This document shows, in pieces, positions 28,996 through 41,208 of a DNA stretch of 64,000 bases. Source of the stretch: an uncultured Eubacteriales bacterium (GTDB lineage: Bacteria > Bacillota > Clostridia > Acetivibrionales > CAVYEU01). The DNA is taken from NCBI GenBank assembly GCA_963767415.1, contig CAVYEU010000095.1, positions 2,959-66,958 of the forward strand. The letters run 5' to 3'. The notes under the pieces were generated by a model, which searched no databases, was not told the origin of the DNA, and saw only the letters and a program-made list of their open reading frames with translations. The position numbers and the translations under genes are program-made. Position 1 is the first letter of the stretch, and every line of letters begins with the position of its first letter.

Positions 28996-29586
28996 CTATA
29001 GGGAATGTTGTTTCCCCTCAACTACATCTTTAGCTTGTGCCACATGGAATATAGTAATTAATAGTATTTTCAAATCAAACGCAAATGAATAGTTTTTTAC
29101 ATAATATTTATCATACTCAACTTTTTGTTCTATTGGCAATTCATCTCGGCCGTTAACTTGAGCCCAACCAGTTATTCCGGGAATTACAATATTTACCCCT
29201 TCTATATCCCTCAGGTTTATCAAATCATATTGATTATATAATGCGGGACGTGGACCGACAAAGCTCATTTCTCCCTTTATGATATTTATTAGCTGCGGAA
29301 GCTCGTCCAAACTTGTTTTTCTTAAAAAATTTCCTATAGACGTAATGTAATCCTTAGAATTCTCAAATTTATGTGTCGGAATATCCCGCGGTGCTTCAAT
29401 ATACATTGTTCTAAATTTAATTATGGTAAACTTATTTTTATTTTTTCCAATCCTGTACTGCAAGAAGAAAATAGACCCTTTTGATGTCATTTTGATTGAA
29501 ATACCAATTATTATAAATACAGGTAGTAGAACAACTAACACAACTATACCTAATATTAGATCAAAACATCTTTTCATAATTGGCAC
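28996..29586 (-). CDS. undecaprenyl-phosphate sugar phosphotransferase (small PglC/WbaP-C-terminal 'Bac_transf' type)
   Basis: 196 aa, single N-terminal [11 protein letters not shown]...[21 protein letters not shown]. Confidence 0.8.
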   Translation of the reverse strand: MPIMKRCFDLILGIVVLVVLLPVFIIIGISIKMTSKGSIFFLQYRIGKNKNKFTIIKFRTMYIEAPRDIPTHKFENSKDYITSIGNFLRKTSLDELPQLINIIKGEMSFVGPRPALYNQYDLINLRDIEGVNIVIPGITGWAQVNGRDELPIEQKVEYDKYYVKNYSFAFDLKILLITIFHVAQAKDVVEGKQHSL

Positions 29587-29616
29587 CTCAATTGTCCTGA
29601 TTCTTATTCTTATTCT

Positions 29617-30792
29617 TTAAGATTCAGCAATAATTAAATTTTTAATCATATCTACTTGTCTTTTCAGAATTGGTTTTTGATCAAAACACTCTAAAACCAA
29701 TTCTCTAGCTTTTTTTCCCATTTGTTCACGAATACGTGGGTTTTCAATTAAATATTGTATTTTGCCTGCCAAGCTTAGATGGTCACGAACTGGAACTAAA
29801 AATCCTGTAATATTGTCAATTACTTCTTCTCTACATCCTCTAATATTAGTCGCAACTGTACACTTTGACATACTCATTGCTTCAAGCAAAGATAAGGGCA
29901 TACCTTCTCTATGAGACGGTAGTGTAAATATATCCATAGTAGCTAAAAGTTCAGGTATGTTCGATCTGTCTCCAGTAAAAATCACTTTATCTTGCAGGTT
30001 GTATTTTTGTATCAGTCTATCAATTTCAATTTTAACTCCATCGCGATCGGATTGTAAAGTGTCTCCTACAAATAAAAATATAACATTTGTGTATCTTTTT
30101 GTAATTTCATTTGCAGCTAATGCCAATTCAACAAATCCTTTTTCTCTAACCATCCTTCCTACAATCCCTACAACTACATTATCTAAAGGTATATTCAATT
30201 CTTTTTTTATTTGAGTCAAGCTCTTTTTTAAGAGGACAGTATCTATATTATACTTGTCAACATCTATACCGTTTCCGATAAATGTTATTTTTTCTTTGGG
30301 AATAATCTTCTCTTCAATTGCAGTTTTATAATCTTCAGAACTTACAGTAAAGACATAATTACAAATATATCCTCCGATTTTTTCAATCAACATAAATATT
30401 TTCTTTTTTAGATGACTCATTTCATCATGGAAATAGAATCCATGCGCAGTATAGACAACAACAGGCACTTTTGCAATAAAGGCTGCAATGCGACCTATAA
30501 TCGCTGCTACTGGTGTATGCAAATGAATACAGTCAAATTTTTCTTGTTTTAAGTATTTTGTTAGTCTCCAAATCGAAACAATATTTTTAATAGGAGAAAC
30601 TTTTCTTGCAATCTCAATATTTTTGATCTTATATCCTAATTTTTTCAGATTCTCTGACCTTTCATCGTGGCTGCAAAGTATTGTAACATCAAATTCGTAT
30701 TTTGTTAACTCATCTATCAACGGTAATAAAATATTTTGAACAGTAAACCCCACAGCACACATCTCTAATATCTTAATTTTATCTTTCTCCAT
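29617..30792 (-). CDS. glycosyltransferase family 4
   Basis: GT4 C-terminal EX7E-type region (PSHREGMPLSLLEAMSMSKCTVATNIRG); 391 aa. Confidence 0.8.
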   Translation of the reverse strand: MEKDKIKILEMCAVGFTVQNILLPLIDELTKYEFDVTILCSHDERSENLKKLGYKIKNIEIARKVSPIKNIVSIWRLTKYLKQEKFDCIHLHTPVAAIIGRIAAFIAKVPVVVYTAHGFYFHDEMSHLKKKIFMLIEKIGGYICNYVFTVSSEDYKTAIEEKIIPKEKITFIGNGIDVDKYNIDTVLLKKSLTQIKKELNIPLDNVVVGIVGRMVREKGFVELALAANEITKRYTNVIFLFVGDTLQSDRDGVKIEIDRLIQKYNLQDKVIFTGDRSNIPELLATMDIFTLPSHREGMPLSLLEAMSMSKCTVATNIRGCREEVIDNITGFLVPVRDHLSLAGKIQYLIENPRIREQMGKKARELVLECFDQKPILKRQVDMIKNLIIAES

Positions 30793-30804
30793 GTTAATCC
30801 CTAT

Positions 30805-30812
30805 CCCCCCCC
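30805..30812 (-). repeat. G8/C8 homopolymeric tract in the 5' UTR of the GT4 gene
   Basis: CCCCCCCC on the plus strand (GGGGGGGG in the mRNA) 13-20 nt upstream of the GT4 ATG, next to an AGGGA SD. G/C runs are otherwise rare in this AT-rich window. Confidence 0.8.
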
Positions 30813-30943
30813 TACAGCATTTTTTATTAATTCCATATCTCCTCCTTCCAATTTTGATTATACCTTAAAAAGTTGAAGGCATCAAAATTATATAATATAC
30901 TATAGAAACAGTAATATACTTAAAAATAAAAGGAGAATCATTT

Positions 30944-33058
30944 ATGTTACCTGACTATTTTGGGTTATTTTTTAAGATCATTGTCTTATTTTTTGGATTA
31001 GTTCTGGTATGGAAAACATTAGGTTTAAGAATCATATCTAATAATAAAATTGGTATCGTTGAAAAATGGTGGTCAGCAAAAGGATCACTTAAAGAGCAGA
31101 TAATAGCATTAAACGGTGAAGCCGGCTACCAACCTGAACTATTAAGAGGAGGTATCCACTTTCTTACTCCGCTAAAATATAAGGTTCATATCTGCCCTCT
31201 TGTTACAATACCTCAGGGTCAGATGGGGTATGTTTTTGCTAGAGATGGAAAACCTTTAGATGCTACTCAAACATTAGGTAAGGTTGTTCCTAAATGTAAT
31301 AATTTTCAAAATGTTCGTGAATTTTTAGAGAATGGCGGTCAAAGAGGCCCTCAAAGAGGTATTATTCGCGAGGGTACCTACGCATTTAATTTAGCCCAAT
31401 TTATCGTAATTACAGAGGATAAAGCACATTATTTACCTATGGGAACTCATGCAGAAGAAAGCACTATAAATAAAATGGTTGAAGTTCTAAGAGAAAGAGA
31501 AGGATTCACGCCAATTATTATAAAAGGTGCAGATGATAAGGTTGGAGTTGCTACAGTACATGATGGACCATCCTTAAATAAAGATGATATAATTGCTCCT
31601 ACTGTTGGAGATTCATCTTTAGATTTAGAAAAGTATCATAACAATTTTCAAGACCCTGAGAAATTTTTACTTGCAGGTGGGTTTAGAGGAAGACAGTATC
31701 AGGTATTAGTAGAAGGAACATACTTTATTAATAGACTTTTTGCTACCATCGAACTTATTGATAAAACGGTTATTGATGTAGGTTTCGTCGGGGTTGTTGT
31801 TTCTTATATTGGACCAAAGGGTCTAGATTCTACAGGGGATGAATATAAACATGGCGAGCTGGTTGATACAGGATGTAAGGGTGTATGGCAAAAACCATTA
31901 ATGCCTGGCAAATATGCATTTAATACCTATGCAGGTAAAATTGTCAGAGTTCCAACAACTAACATTATTCTTAAATGGATTAGTAATCAAAGTGGTAATC
32001 ATAAATATGATGAGAACTTAAAAGAGGTTAGCTTAATTACAAAGGATGCTTTTGAACCGTCCCTTCCATTATCAGTTGTAATGCATATAGACTATAAAAA
32101 AGCTCCCCTTGTTATTCAAAGGTTTGGTGATATTAAGATGTTAGTAGATCAAACGCTAGATCCTATGGTGTCAGCATATTTTAAAAACATTGGTCAAACT
32201 AAGACTTTGATACAACTACTACAAGAAAGAAACGAAATACAAGGTATCGCATCAAGAGAAATGAATGTAAAGTTTGGTCACTATAATCTTGAGTTTGAAG
32301 AGGTGTTAATCGGAACACCATCATCATCAGACGCAGATAAAAAAATAGAGCAGATTCTTGCTCAACTGCGTGACAGGCAAATTGCATTAGAGCAGGTAGA
32401 AACATACTCACAGCAACAAAAAGCTGCAGACAAAGAAAGAGAGCTAAAAGAATCTGAAGCAAAGGCTGCACAGCAAAGGCTTTTAACCGAATCAGATATC
32501 AATATTCAAATTCAAAGTAATCAGGGAAAAGCTGAATACCAAAGATCACTGCAAGAAGCAGCAAAGATCAAGACAATCGCTGAAGCAGAGGCTTCTAAGA
32601 TTAAGACTATTTCATTGGGAGAAGCTGCTAAGATCAAAGCCATAGCTGAATCAGAAGGCGAAAGAGAAGCAAGGGTTGGTATCGGTAAAGCAATCGCTAT
32701 TGAAGAACAAGTGAAGGCATATGGAGGTTCGAGATATCAGCTGGTTCAAGACATTATGAGCAAATTTACTGCTGCATTAGAAAAATCAAAGATTGATTTA
32801 GTGCCCAAAACAGTAATTAGTATGGGTTCTAACGAAAATGGAGGAAGCATTGTAAATGCATTTGAGATCCTTCTAGGACTTATTGTAAACGATAAATTAA
32901 ATATTCAGCTTGATTCTAATGAAGGGAAAAAGGAGAATGAGGAAATTAAGACCATTAAAAACTCAATTTTAGGATCAATTAATGCGAAGAAAGGTACGCT
33001 TCAAAAGCTTAGCACTGAGGAATCGTATCAGGAAGCAAGTACGTGTACTGAAAAATAG
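30944..33058 (+). CDS. flotillin-like SPFH/Band-7 domain membrane protein with EA-rich coiled coil
   Basis: N-terminal TM; C-terminal EAAKIKTIAEAEASKIKTISLGEAAKIKAIAESEGE...YGGSRYQLVQDIMSKF resembles the FloT/YuaG C-terminus. At 704 aa it is longer than typical FloT. Confidence 0.55.
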   Translation: MLPDYFGLFFKIIVLFFGLVLVWKTLGLRIISNNKIGIVEKWWSAKGSLKEQIIALNGEAGYQPELLRGGIHFLTPLKYKVHICPLVTIPQGQMGYVFARDGKPLDATQTLGKVVPKCNNFQNVREFLENGGQRGPQRGIIREGTYAFNLAQFIVITEDKAHYLPMGTHAEESTINKMVEVLREREGFTPIIIKGADDKVGVATVHDGPSLNKDDIIAPTVGDSSLDLEKYHNNFQDPEKFLLAGGFRGRQYQVLVEGTYFINRLFATIELIDKTVIDVGFVGVVVSYIGPKGLDSTGDEYKHGELVDTGCKGVWQKPLMPGKYAFNTYAGKIVRVPTTNIILKWISNQSGNHKYDENLKEVSLITKDAFEPSLPLSVVMHIDYKKAPLVIQRFGDIKMLVDQTLDPMVSAYFKNIGQTKTLIQLLQERNEIQGIASREMNVKFGHYNLEFEEVLIGTPSSSDADKKIEQILAQLRDRQIALEQVETYSQQQKAADKERELKESEAKAAQQRLLTESDINIQIQSNQGKAEYQRSLQEAAKIKTIAEAEASKIKTISLGEAAKIKAIAESEGEREARVGIGKAIAIEEQVKAYGGSRYQLVQDIMSKFTAALEKSKIDLVPKTVISMGSNENGGSIVNAFEILLGLIVNDKLNIQLDSNEGKKENEEIKTIKNSILGSINAKKGTLQKLSTEESYQEASTCTEK

Positions 33059-33059
33059 T

Positions 33060-33087
33060 AAAAAGGCCCATACGGCCTTTTTACTTG
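33060..33087 (+). terminator. terminator after the flotillin-like gene
   Basis: AAAAGGCC-CATA-CGGCCTTTTT. Confidence 0.65.
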
Positions 33088-33099
33088 TATAAAATATTA

Positions 33100-33545
33100 T
33101 ATTATACAACAACTTCATAAATATCTTTATTAATACACTTCTTCCACCCACTTATGTATTCTTTATTCTTATTAAAATTAAATAAGATCAAATACCCTGT
33201 ATCTTTTCGTTTGCTATACTTGCCGAGGTAATAATTTTTTTAATGAAGCAAGTATTAACATGCACTAACGGTTTCAAAAATGTTATTTTGAAACCTAGTT
33301 CAGTATATCAATATACTTCGCCAATTGTTCTAGTGCATTTTTCTCACAATTTTCTCCGTGCCATATCTTAAGCTCAATAATATGTTCTTCTCCACTATAA
33401 GTTATTATTATATCCATTCTGTTATCCATGCGTGTTTCTGGTTCAACATAATAAAATCCAGTTCCGTTAATAATCGGCTTAAAAAAACTATAGCCTTTAG
33501 CGTGGCAGCCCTCGTGCTTTTGCTCTGAAGTGTTAAATCACCCCT
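33100..33545 (-). pseudogene. degenerate remnant of a PD-(D/E)XK_9 (DUF1703-like) nuclease-domain gene, interrupted by a 95-bp repeat copy
   Basis: Minus-strand fragments translate as ...GFYYVEPETRMDNRMDIIITYSGEEHIIELKIWHGENCEKNALEQLAKYI... and ...RKDTGYLILFNFNKNKEYISGWKK... with no start and several stops. The 95-bp element sits at 33213-33309. Confidence 0.4.
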
Positions 33546-33586
33546 CTTGACAAAAAATACGTAAAATGTTATTTTATAATTAGAAA

Positions 33587-33613
33587 TTAGCACTCAATAT
33601 TGATGAGTGCTAA
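33587..33613 (+). promoter_or_regulatory. CIRCE operator (HrcA binding site) of the dnaK operon
   Basis: TTAGCACTC-N9-GAGTGCTAA, a perfect match to the CIRCE consensus, just downstream of TTGACA at 33547-33552. Confidence 0.9.
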
Positions 33614-33636
33614 CAATAAAAAGTGAGGTGAGGATT

Positions 33637-34707
33637 GTGGTATTAGATGATAGAAAAAGGCGTATTCTTCAGGCTATTATCGACGATTACATCGACACTG
33701 CAGAGCCAATTGGTTCAAGGTCAATTGCAAGAAAACATGAGTTAGGACTTAGTTCGGCGACAATTAGAAATGAAATGGCTGATTTAGAAGATCTAGGCTA
33801 TTTAGCTCAGCCACATACTTCAGCTGGGAGAATTCCGTCAGATAAAGGATATAGGTTGTATGTTGATCAATTGATGACTGCTTGTGAACCTTCTTTTCAA
33901 GAAATTGACAATATAAAAAAGGCCATGGAAATTAGCATTAATGAACTCGGTCAATTATTAAAACAAGCTTCTTGGATTACTTCACAAGTAACAAAATATC
34001 CTTCAGTTGCTATTACTCCACAAATTAGCAAGAGCCGTATTAGAACTTCGCAGTTAGTACCAATCGGGTGTGGGAAATTACTCATTGTAGTTGCGACAGA
34101 TACCGATATCGTTAAAAATACTTTAGTTCGTATTTCAGAAACGGTTTTATCTGATGACATTATAAAACTATTAAATATTTTTAACGAAAAGCTTGGAACT
34201 CTTGCATTAGAAGAAATTGATTCTAAGATATATGCAGAAATTGCAATTAATATTTTAAAAATAGACATTGGCTTATTGCCAGTATTAGATGGAATAATTG
34301 ATTGCATTAGCCATATGAACAATAAAGAAGTTTATTTAGAAGGAACAATAAACATCTTAAATTTCCCTGAATTTAGAGATATTGAAAAGGCCAAAGAACT
34401 TCTTAACTTAATGGATGCAAAAGAGCAAATATATAAATTGTTAGAAGAATTACAAGAGCATCAAAATAACAAGCAAATAAATGTTCAGATAGGGACAGAA
34501 AATCCTATCGATATTATCAAGCAATGTAGCTTGATAACCACGCCGGTTAACATTGGTGATATGATAGTAGGTTCAATCGGAGTTATTGGTCCTACTAGAA
34601 TGGAATACAGGAAAGTTATATCATTGATAAATACTATCGGGGAAATATTAAATGAAGAAATAAACAAATTATTTGGTAACAGTTTTGACAATGGTATAAG
34701 CAAATGA
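33637..34707 (+). CDS. hrcA: heat-inducible transcription repressor HrcA
   Basis: VLDDRKRRILQAIIDDYIDTAEPIGSRSIARK...; GTG at 33637 after a GAGGTGAGG RBS. The ORF track starts at a GTG inside CIRCE (33607). Confidence 0.9.
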   Translation: MVLDDRKRRILQAIIDDYIDTAEPIGSRSIARKHELGLSSATIRNEMADLEDLGYLAQPHTSAGRIPSDKGYRLYVDQLMTACEPSFQEIDNIKKAMEISINELGQLLKQASWITSQVTKYPSVAITPQISKSRIRTSQLVPIGCGKLLIVVATDTDIVKNTLVRISETVLSDDIIKLLNIFNEKLGTLALEEIDSKIYAEIAINILKIDIGLLPVLDGIIDCISHMNNKEVYLEGTINILNFPEFRDIEKAKELLNLMDAKEQIYKLLEELQEHQNNKQINVQIGTENPIDIIKQCSLITTPVNIGDMIVGSIGVIGPTRMEYRKVISLINTIGEILNEEINKLFGNSFDNGISK

Positions 34708-34729
34708 TTAATAAGGAGGTTAAAAAATA

Positions 34730-35341
34730 ATGAAAAAGCATGGTAAAGAACATGAAAATAATGTTGTGGAGAATCTTGAACTTGAGGAAAATGCAGTTGA
34801 TATTAAGATCGATAGCTTAAATGAACAATCAGAACATAATGAAGAACTGATTAATGAGGAAAGTAGTGAGAAAAGTAAATTAAAAGAACTTAAAGAAAAA
34901 TTAAAAGAAAAAACTAAGCAATGTGATGAATATATGAATTTGTTACAGAGAAAAACAGCAGAATTTGATAATTTTAGGAAGAGAACCATAAAAGAAAAAG
35001 AATGCATTTATTCAGACGCTGTATGTGAGGTGGTTCAAGCTTTTCTTCCTGTGGTCGACAATTTTGAAAGAGCAATTCAATCTTTAGCTAAGGATGATGA
35101 GGTGAAAAATCTTAAGGCTGGCATTGAATTGGTTTTTAAACAGCTTAAGGATGCAATAAAGAACCTTGGTGTTGAAGAAATAGTATGTGCTAATGAAAAA
35201 TTCAATCCTGATCTTCACAATGCAGTTATGCACGTTAAAGATGAGCAGTCTGGAGAAAATACAGTTTTAGAAGAGTTTCAAAAAGGCTATGTTTTGAAAG
35301 ATAAGGTTATAAGACATAGCATGGTTAAAGTTGCTAATTAA
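34730..35341 (+). CDS. grpE: nucleotide exchange factor GrpE
   Basis: AAGGAGG RBS; GrpE C-terminal motifs (FDNFRKR...NPDLHNAV..VLKDKVIRHSMVKV). Confidence 0.9.
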   Translation: MKKHGKEHENNVVENLELEENAVDIKIDSLNEQSEHNEELINEESSEKSKLKELKEKLKEKTKQCDEYMNLLQRKTAEFDNFRKRTIKEKECIYSDAVCEVVQAFLPVVDNFERAIQSLAKDDEVKNLKAGIELVFKQLKDAIKNLGVEEIVCANEKFNPDLHNAVMHVKDEQSGENTVLEEFQKGYVLKDKVIRHSMVKVAN

Positions 35342-35379
35342 GTTGCTTTATTACTGATTAAAGCACTTAAGTTTTTTAA

Positions 35380-37293
<1,914 letters not shown>

Positions 37294-37304
37294 GAGTAAG
37301 AATA

Positions 37305-38450
37305 ATGGCTAACAAGAGAGATTACTATGAAATATTAGGAGTCAATAAAGGTGATAGTGAAGTCAATTTAAAAAAAGCTTATAGAACACTAGCTAAACAA
37401 TATCATCCTGATATGAACCCAGGAGATAAAGTTTCAGAAGCTAAATTTAAAGAACTAAACGAAGCATATGAAGTTCTTAGTGATTCACAGAAAAGAGCAC
37501 GCTATGACCAATTCGGGCATGCAGGAACTGATCCTTCAAGTGGGTTTGGTGGATTTCAGGGAGGATTTAGTGACTTTGATTTTGGTGGTATTGGTGATAT
37601 TTTTGAAACCTTTTTTGGAGGGTCAGGTTTTAGCAGCAGGTCTAGCAAAACCAGAACTGGCTCACAAAAAGGTGCAGACCTAAAATATTCAATTGAAATT
37701 TCATTTGAAGAGGCTGCTTTTGGTATTGAAAAAGAAATCTCTATAAACAGGCTTGAAAGCTGTACAACATGTAATGGAACTGGTTCAAGATCCGGAACCA
37801 GTTCTAGCACATGTAAGCACTGTAATGGCTCAGGTCAGGTTCAATACAAGCAGAATACTCCTTTGGGACAGTTCGTAAACATTAAAACCTGTGATGTTTG
37901 TCGTGGTGAAGGGAAGATGATAGATAACCCATGTAGCACCTGTGATGGAAAAGGTAAAGTGCGTAAAATGGCTAAATTGAAAGTCAATATCCCTGCTGGT
38001 ATTGATGATGGGATGACAATTTCTTTGCGGCAGGAGGGAGAAAAAGGTTCAAAAGGAGGACCTAACGGTGATTTATTTATAACTATTAAAATGAAAAGTC
38101 ATACACTTTTTGAACGAAATGAATCAAATGTTATTTGTGAAATTCCAATAACATTCGTTCAAGCAGCACTAGGTGCTGAACTTGAAGTCCCAACAATCGA
38201 TGGCAAAGTTAAATATACTATTCCAGAAGGAACTCAAACGGGGGCGGTATTTAGACTTCGCAGTAAAGGCATTCCATACCTGCGTGGGAATGGCAGAGGA
38301 GATCAGTATGTAAAGATAATCGTTGATGTCCCCAAAAAACTAAACGAAAAGCAAAAACAACTACTGCGGGAATTCGCAGAAATAAGCAGTGATGATATGC
38401 ATGAGCAAAGAAAATCATTTTTTGATAAGATGAAAGATGCGTTTAGATAA
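37305..38450 (+). CDS. dnaJ: molecular chaperone DnaJ
   Basis: J-domain with HPD (YHPDMNP), G/F-rich linker and four CxxCxGxG zinc-finger repeats. Confidence 0.95.
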   Translation: MANKRDYYEILGVNKGDSEVNLKKAYRTLAKQYHPDMNPGDKVSEAKFKELNEAYEVLSDSQKRARYDQFGHAGTDPSSGFGGFQGGFSDFDFGGIGDIFETFFGGSGFSSRSSKTRTGSQKGADLKYSIEISFEEAAFGIEKEISINRLESCTTCNGTGSRSGTSSSTCKHCNGSGQVQYKQNTPLGQFVNIKTCDVCRGEGKMIDNPCSTCDGKGKVRKMAKLKVNIPAGIDDGMTISLRQEGEKGSKGGPNGDLFITIKMKSHTLFERNESNVICEIPITFVQAALGAELEVPTIDGKVKYTIPEGTQTGAVFRLRSKGIPYLRGNGRGDQYVKIIVDVPKKLNEKQKQLLREFAEISSDDMHEQRKSFFDKMKDAFR

Positions 38451-38470
38451 AGCAGATAACATAAAAATTA

Positions 38471-38504
38471 AAAGGAGAGAACATAGATCTATGTTCTCTC
38501 CTTT
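38471..38504. terminator. bidirectional terminator between dnaJ and the convergent mcp gene
   Basis: AAAGGAGAGAACATAGATCTATGTTCTCTCCTTT perfect hairpin with A/T flanks. Confidence 0.7.
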
Positions 38505-38532
38505 TAATTTCTTGCACTTGAAATTTAATGTT

Positions 38533-39375
38533 CTATAGTGTTTTGGCAATCCTCTCTATTTCAATAGATGTAGATGCAAACCGCTGCATCACAACAGATA
38601 CTTCTTCAGTAGCTGATGCCTGATGCGTTCCAAGCTGCGCAGTATTTAAAAGCGTAGTAACTATATTTGTCATACCAGTTTGAATAGACTCAAGAATTTT
38701 TCTTATGTCGTTTACTGATTCCGCACTGTTTTCAGCTAATTTTCTAATTTCCTCTGCAACTACGGCAAAACCGTGACCATTTTCGCCAACTCGTGCTGCT
38801 TCAATAGCAGCATTTAGTCCAAGAAGGTTTGATTGGGATGCAATAGTATTAACGAATTGCAGTATCTCAGATGTGCTTTGAATTTCCGTAAGTATATCTT
38901 CTCCTGCCTTTTTTAAATAACTCAAATCCCCTGCCAGTTTTACAGCTGTAGATGACAGCTCCTGAGTTGTTGCGGTTATTTCTTTTGCTGTCAAGGAGAT
39001 TGCTTGGGATGCTTTATACAGTGCCTGCTGGGTATCAATGCTTAAACCTGAGCTTAAAGCCCCTATTATTACACCTTTCTCATTTTTTATAGGAACAGTA
39101 CATGTTTTTGTGGGCATACCATAGACTTCCTTTGGAAGTATCAATGAGATTCTTTCTCCTGTTTGTTGACATTTAAACAATCCTGATTCAGGTGGAATTG
39201 GTTGTCCAATTTTTACATTGGCACTTATTTCTTTTCCTGGTAAGTAATACAAAAAATTTTCCTTATCAGATACAGAGAACATACAGTCAAAGTACAGGAC
39301 ATCTTGAATAAGAGGGAGTGCTTTCCCTAAAGAGTGAAGAATATTGTCCGTATAACTGTTTGAAGGATATTCCAT
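38533..39375 (-). CDS. soluble methyl-accepting chemotaxis protein (sensor + MCP signalling domain, no TM)
   Basis: MCP signalling motif ([37 protein letters not shown]) in the C-terminal half; N-terminal half is an unassigned ligand-binding-like region. Confidence 0.7.
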   Translation of the reverse strand: MEYPSNSYTDNILHSLGKALPLIQDVLYFDCMFSVSDKENFLYYLPGKEISANVKIGQPIPPESGLFKCQQTGERISLILPKEVYGMPTKTCTVPIKNEKGVIIGALSSGLSIDTQQALYKASQAISLTAKEITATTQELSSTAVKLAGDLSYLKKAGEDILTEIQSTSEILQFVNTIASQSNLLGLNAAIEAARVGENGHGFAVVAEEIRKLAENSAESVNDIRKILESIQTGMTNIVTTLLNTAQLGTHQASATEEVSVVMQRFASTSIEIERIAKTL

Positions 39376-39526
39376 AGTATCAGCTCCTTATAAAAAATAT
39401 ATTTACGAAAGTATTATTATATATATTTTACCTTTTCATATTTTATTTTTCACCTATATTAAAATTTTATCATTATAAACAATTCATTTCAATATCTTCA
39501 ATGTAAAAATTAGCTCTAGGTAACAT

Positions 39527-39556
39527 TCTTGTTAATCCTCTCAATATCTGCTATAA
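39527..39556 (+). promoter_or_regulatory. sigma-A-type promoter upstream of prmA (TTGTTA-17-TATAAT)
   Basis: TTGTTAatcctctcaatatctgcTATAAT. Confidence 0.45.
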
Positions 39557-39663
39557 TCGGTAAAGTATCAAATTTGACACCAGATAAAAGAATTAATGCA
39601 ATAGTTGTGTAGATGATACATTTTATGGACGTTTAGGAAGATATTCTCTGTATTCGAAAGGTT

Positions 39664-40611
39664 GTGTTTTATTTGAAGTGGTATGAGGTTTGTGTCGCGA
39701 CTTGCGAAGAGGCTATTGATGCTGTGTCGAATATGTTTTTAGAGCTAGGGTCTAATGGAACTGTTATTGAAAACCCTAATGAGGTGTTTGATTGTGGTTT
39801 TTATGATTATATAGATGATTCGCTTATTAATAAAACTTCTGAAGATGTAATTGTTAAAGGTTACTTCAATATTGTTAATGTATCATCTTTGAATAGTATT
39901 AAAGCTTCAGTTTACAGCAAATTGAACGATATGAAAAAATTTTTGGATATCGGAAAAGGCAATGTTAGTATTGTTGAAATAGATGATGTTGACTTTGCTA
40001 ATTCTTGGAAGGAATACTATAAGCCCTTTCACATTTCATCTAATATAGTTATAAAGCCCTCTTGGGAAAATTATATGCAAAAAGACAACGAGATCGTGAT
40101 AGAATTAGATCCCGGCATGGCATTTGGTACTGGCACACATGAAACAACTAAAATGTGTGCATTATTTCTTGAAAAATATTTGAAGGAAAATGATTTTGTT
40201 ATTGATATAGGTTGCGGAAGCGGAATTCTATCAATAATCGCTATAAAGCTTGGTGCTAGAAGTATCAAGGCTTTAGATATTGATAAATCAGCTCTAAAAG
40301 TAGCACAGGAAAACTGTGAAATAAATAGTGTTGCTGATTCAATAGAATTTCTTAATTGTGAGCTTAAAGATAAACATTTTGAGAAATCTAATATTATTGT
40401 TGCAAATATTATTGCCGATGTAATAATTGGTATAGCTGATATTCTATCAGATTATCTACTTCCTGATGGGTTATTTATTGCATCCGGGGTCATAAAAGAT
40501 CGAAAAAATGATGTAATTGAAAAGTATGCTTCTTTAGGATATGTAGTCATTGATGCTTTAGAAATAGGCGAATGGGTTGCGATTGCTTTTTTGCAAAACT
40601 CTTGTTTCTAG
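39664..40611 (+). CDS. prmA: ribosomal protein L11 methyltransferase
   Basis: KWYEV... N-terminus and SAM-binding motif VIDIGCGSGILSI. Start may be the TTG at 39673. Confidence 0.85.
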   Translation: MFYLKWYEVCVATCEEAIDAVSNMFLELGSNGTVIENPNEVFDCGFYDYIDDSLINKTSEDVIVKGYFNIVNVSSLNSIKASVYSKLNDMKKFLDIGKGNVSIVEIDDVDFANSWKEYYKPFHISSNIVIKPSWENYMQKDNEIVIELDPGMAFGTGTHETTKMCALFLEKYLKENDFVIDIGCGSGILSIIAIKLGARSIKALDIDKSALKVAQENCEINSVADSIEFLNCELKDKHFEKSNIIVANIIADVIIGIADILSDYLLPDGLFIASGVIKDRKNDVIEKYASLGYVVIDALEIGEWVAIAFLQNSCF

Positions 40612-40696
40612 AATCCTGTCTTCGACATTTCAAAGGGCTCTTAATATTTGTCTATCACTTCTATCATTATACATCATTATACCAAATAAAAATATG

Positions 40697-40724
40697 TAAA
40701 TGTTTTTATAAATAAAACCGATAT
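40697..40724 (+). promoter_or_regulatory. sigma-D (sigma-28)-type promoter for the flaG-fliD-fliS cluster
   Basis: TAAA-N17-CCGATAT (ccgatat at 40718-40724), about 70 nt upstream of flaG. Confidence 0.5.
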
Positions 40725-40794
40725 AGTATGTAGGTAAATAAAATTGAATTAGTTACAAGATCATGGAAGATAAAATAAAAATGGAGGCGGTAAT

Positions 40795-41202
40795 ATGAAG
40801 ATCGATAGCAGGGATGCTCAAACGATGCCTTTACATCAGGCGCAAGAAACATTCAAATCAAAAGTCGATTTAAACAAAATTGAAAGGCTTGATTCAAAAA
40901 AAGTGAATATACAAAAAGACGTCGGGAAAAAAAATATTTCTCAAATAACAACTCAAGATAAAAATGAATTAACAATAGCAGATAAAACGATGCTTGAAGC
41001 AATATTAAAAGCCAATCGGGCACTTGAAGGCTCAAATAGAAAATTGGAGTATTCTGTGCATAAACCAACAAAGGAGGTTGTTGTGAAAGTAATAAATACC
41101 GATACTAATGAAGTGGTACGAGAAATACCTTCAGAAAAGATTTTGGACATGGTTGCGAAAATGTGGGAAAAGGCCGGACTTTTAATAGATGAAAGAAGGT
41201 GA
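40795..41202 (+). CDS. flaG: flagellar protein FlaG
   Basis: 135 aa; C-terminal region YSVHKPTKEVVVKVINTDTNEVVREIPSEKILDMVAKM is typical of FlaG; directly upstream of fliD. Confidence 0.7.
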   Translation: MKIDSRDAQTMPLHQAQETFKSKVDLNKIERLDSKKVNIQKDVGKKNISQITTQDKNELTIADKTMLEAILKANRALEGSNRKLEYSVHKPTKEVVVKVINTDTNEVVREIPSEKILDMVAKMWEKAGLLIDERR

Positions 41203-41208
41203 TTTTAG

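Noticed and set aside
33408-33593. 61-aa minus-strand ORF upstream of hrcA
   Set aside because: It overlaps the CIRCE/promoter region and is made from frame-scrambled remains of a decayed PD-(D/E)XK gene. No RBS.
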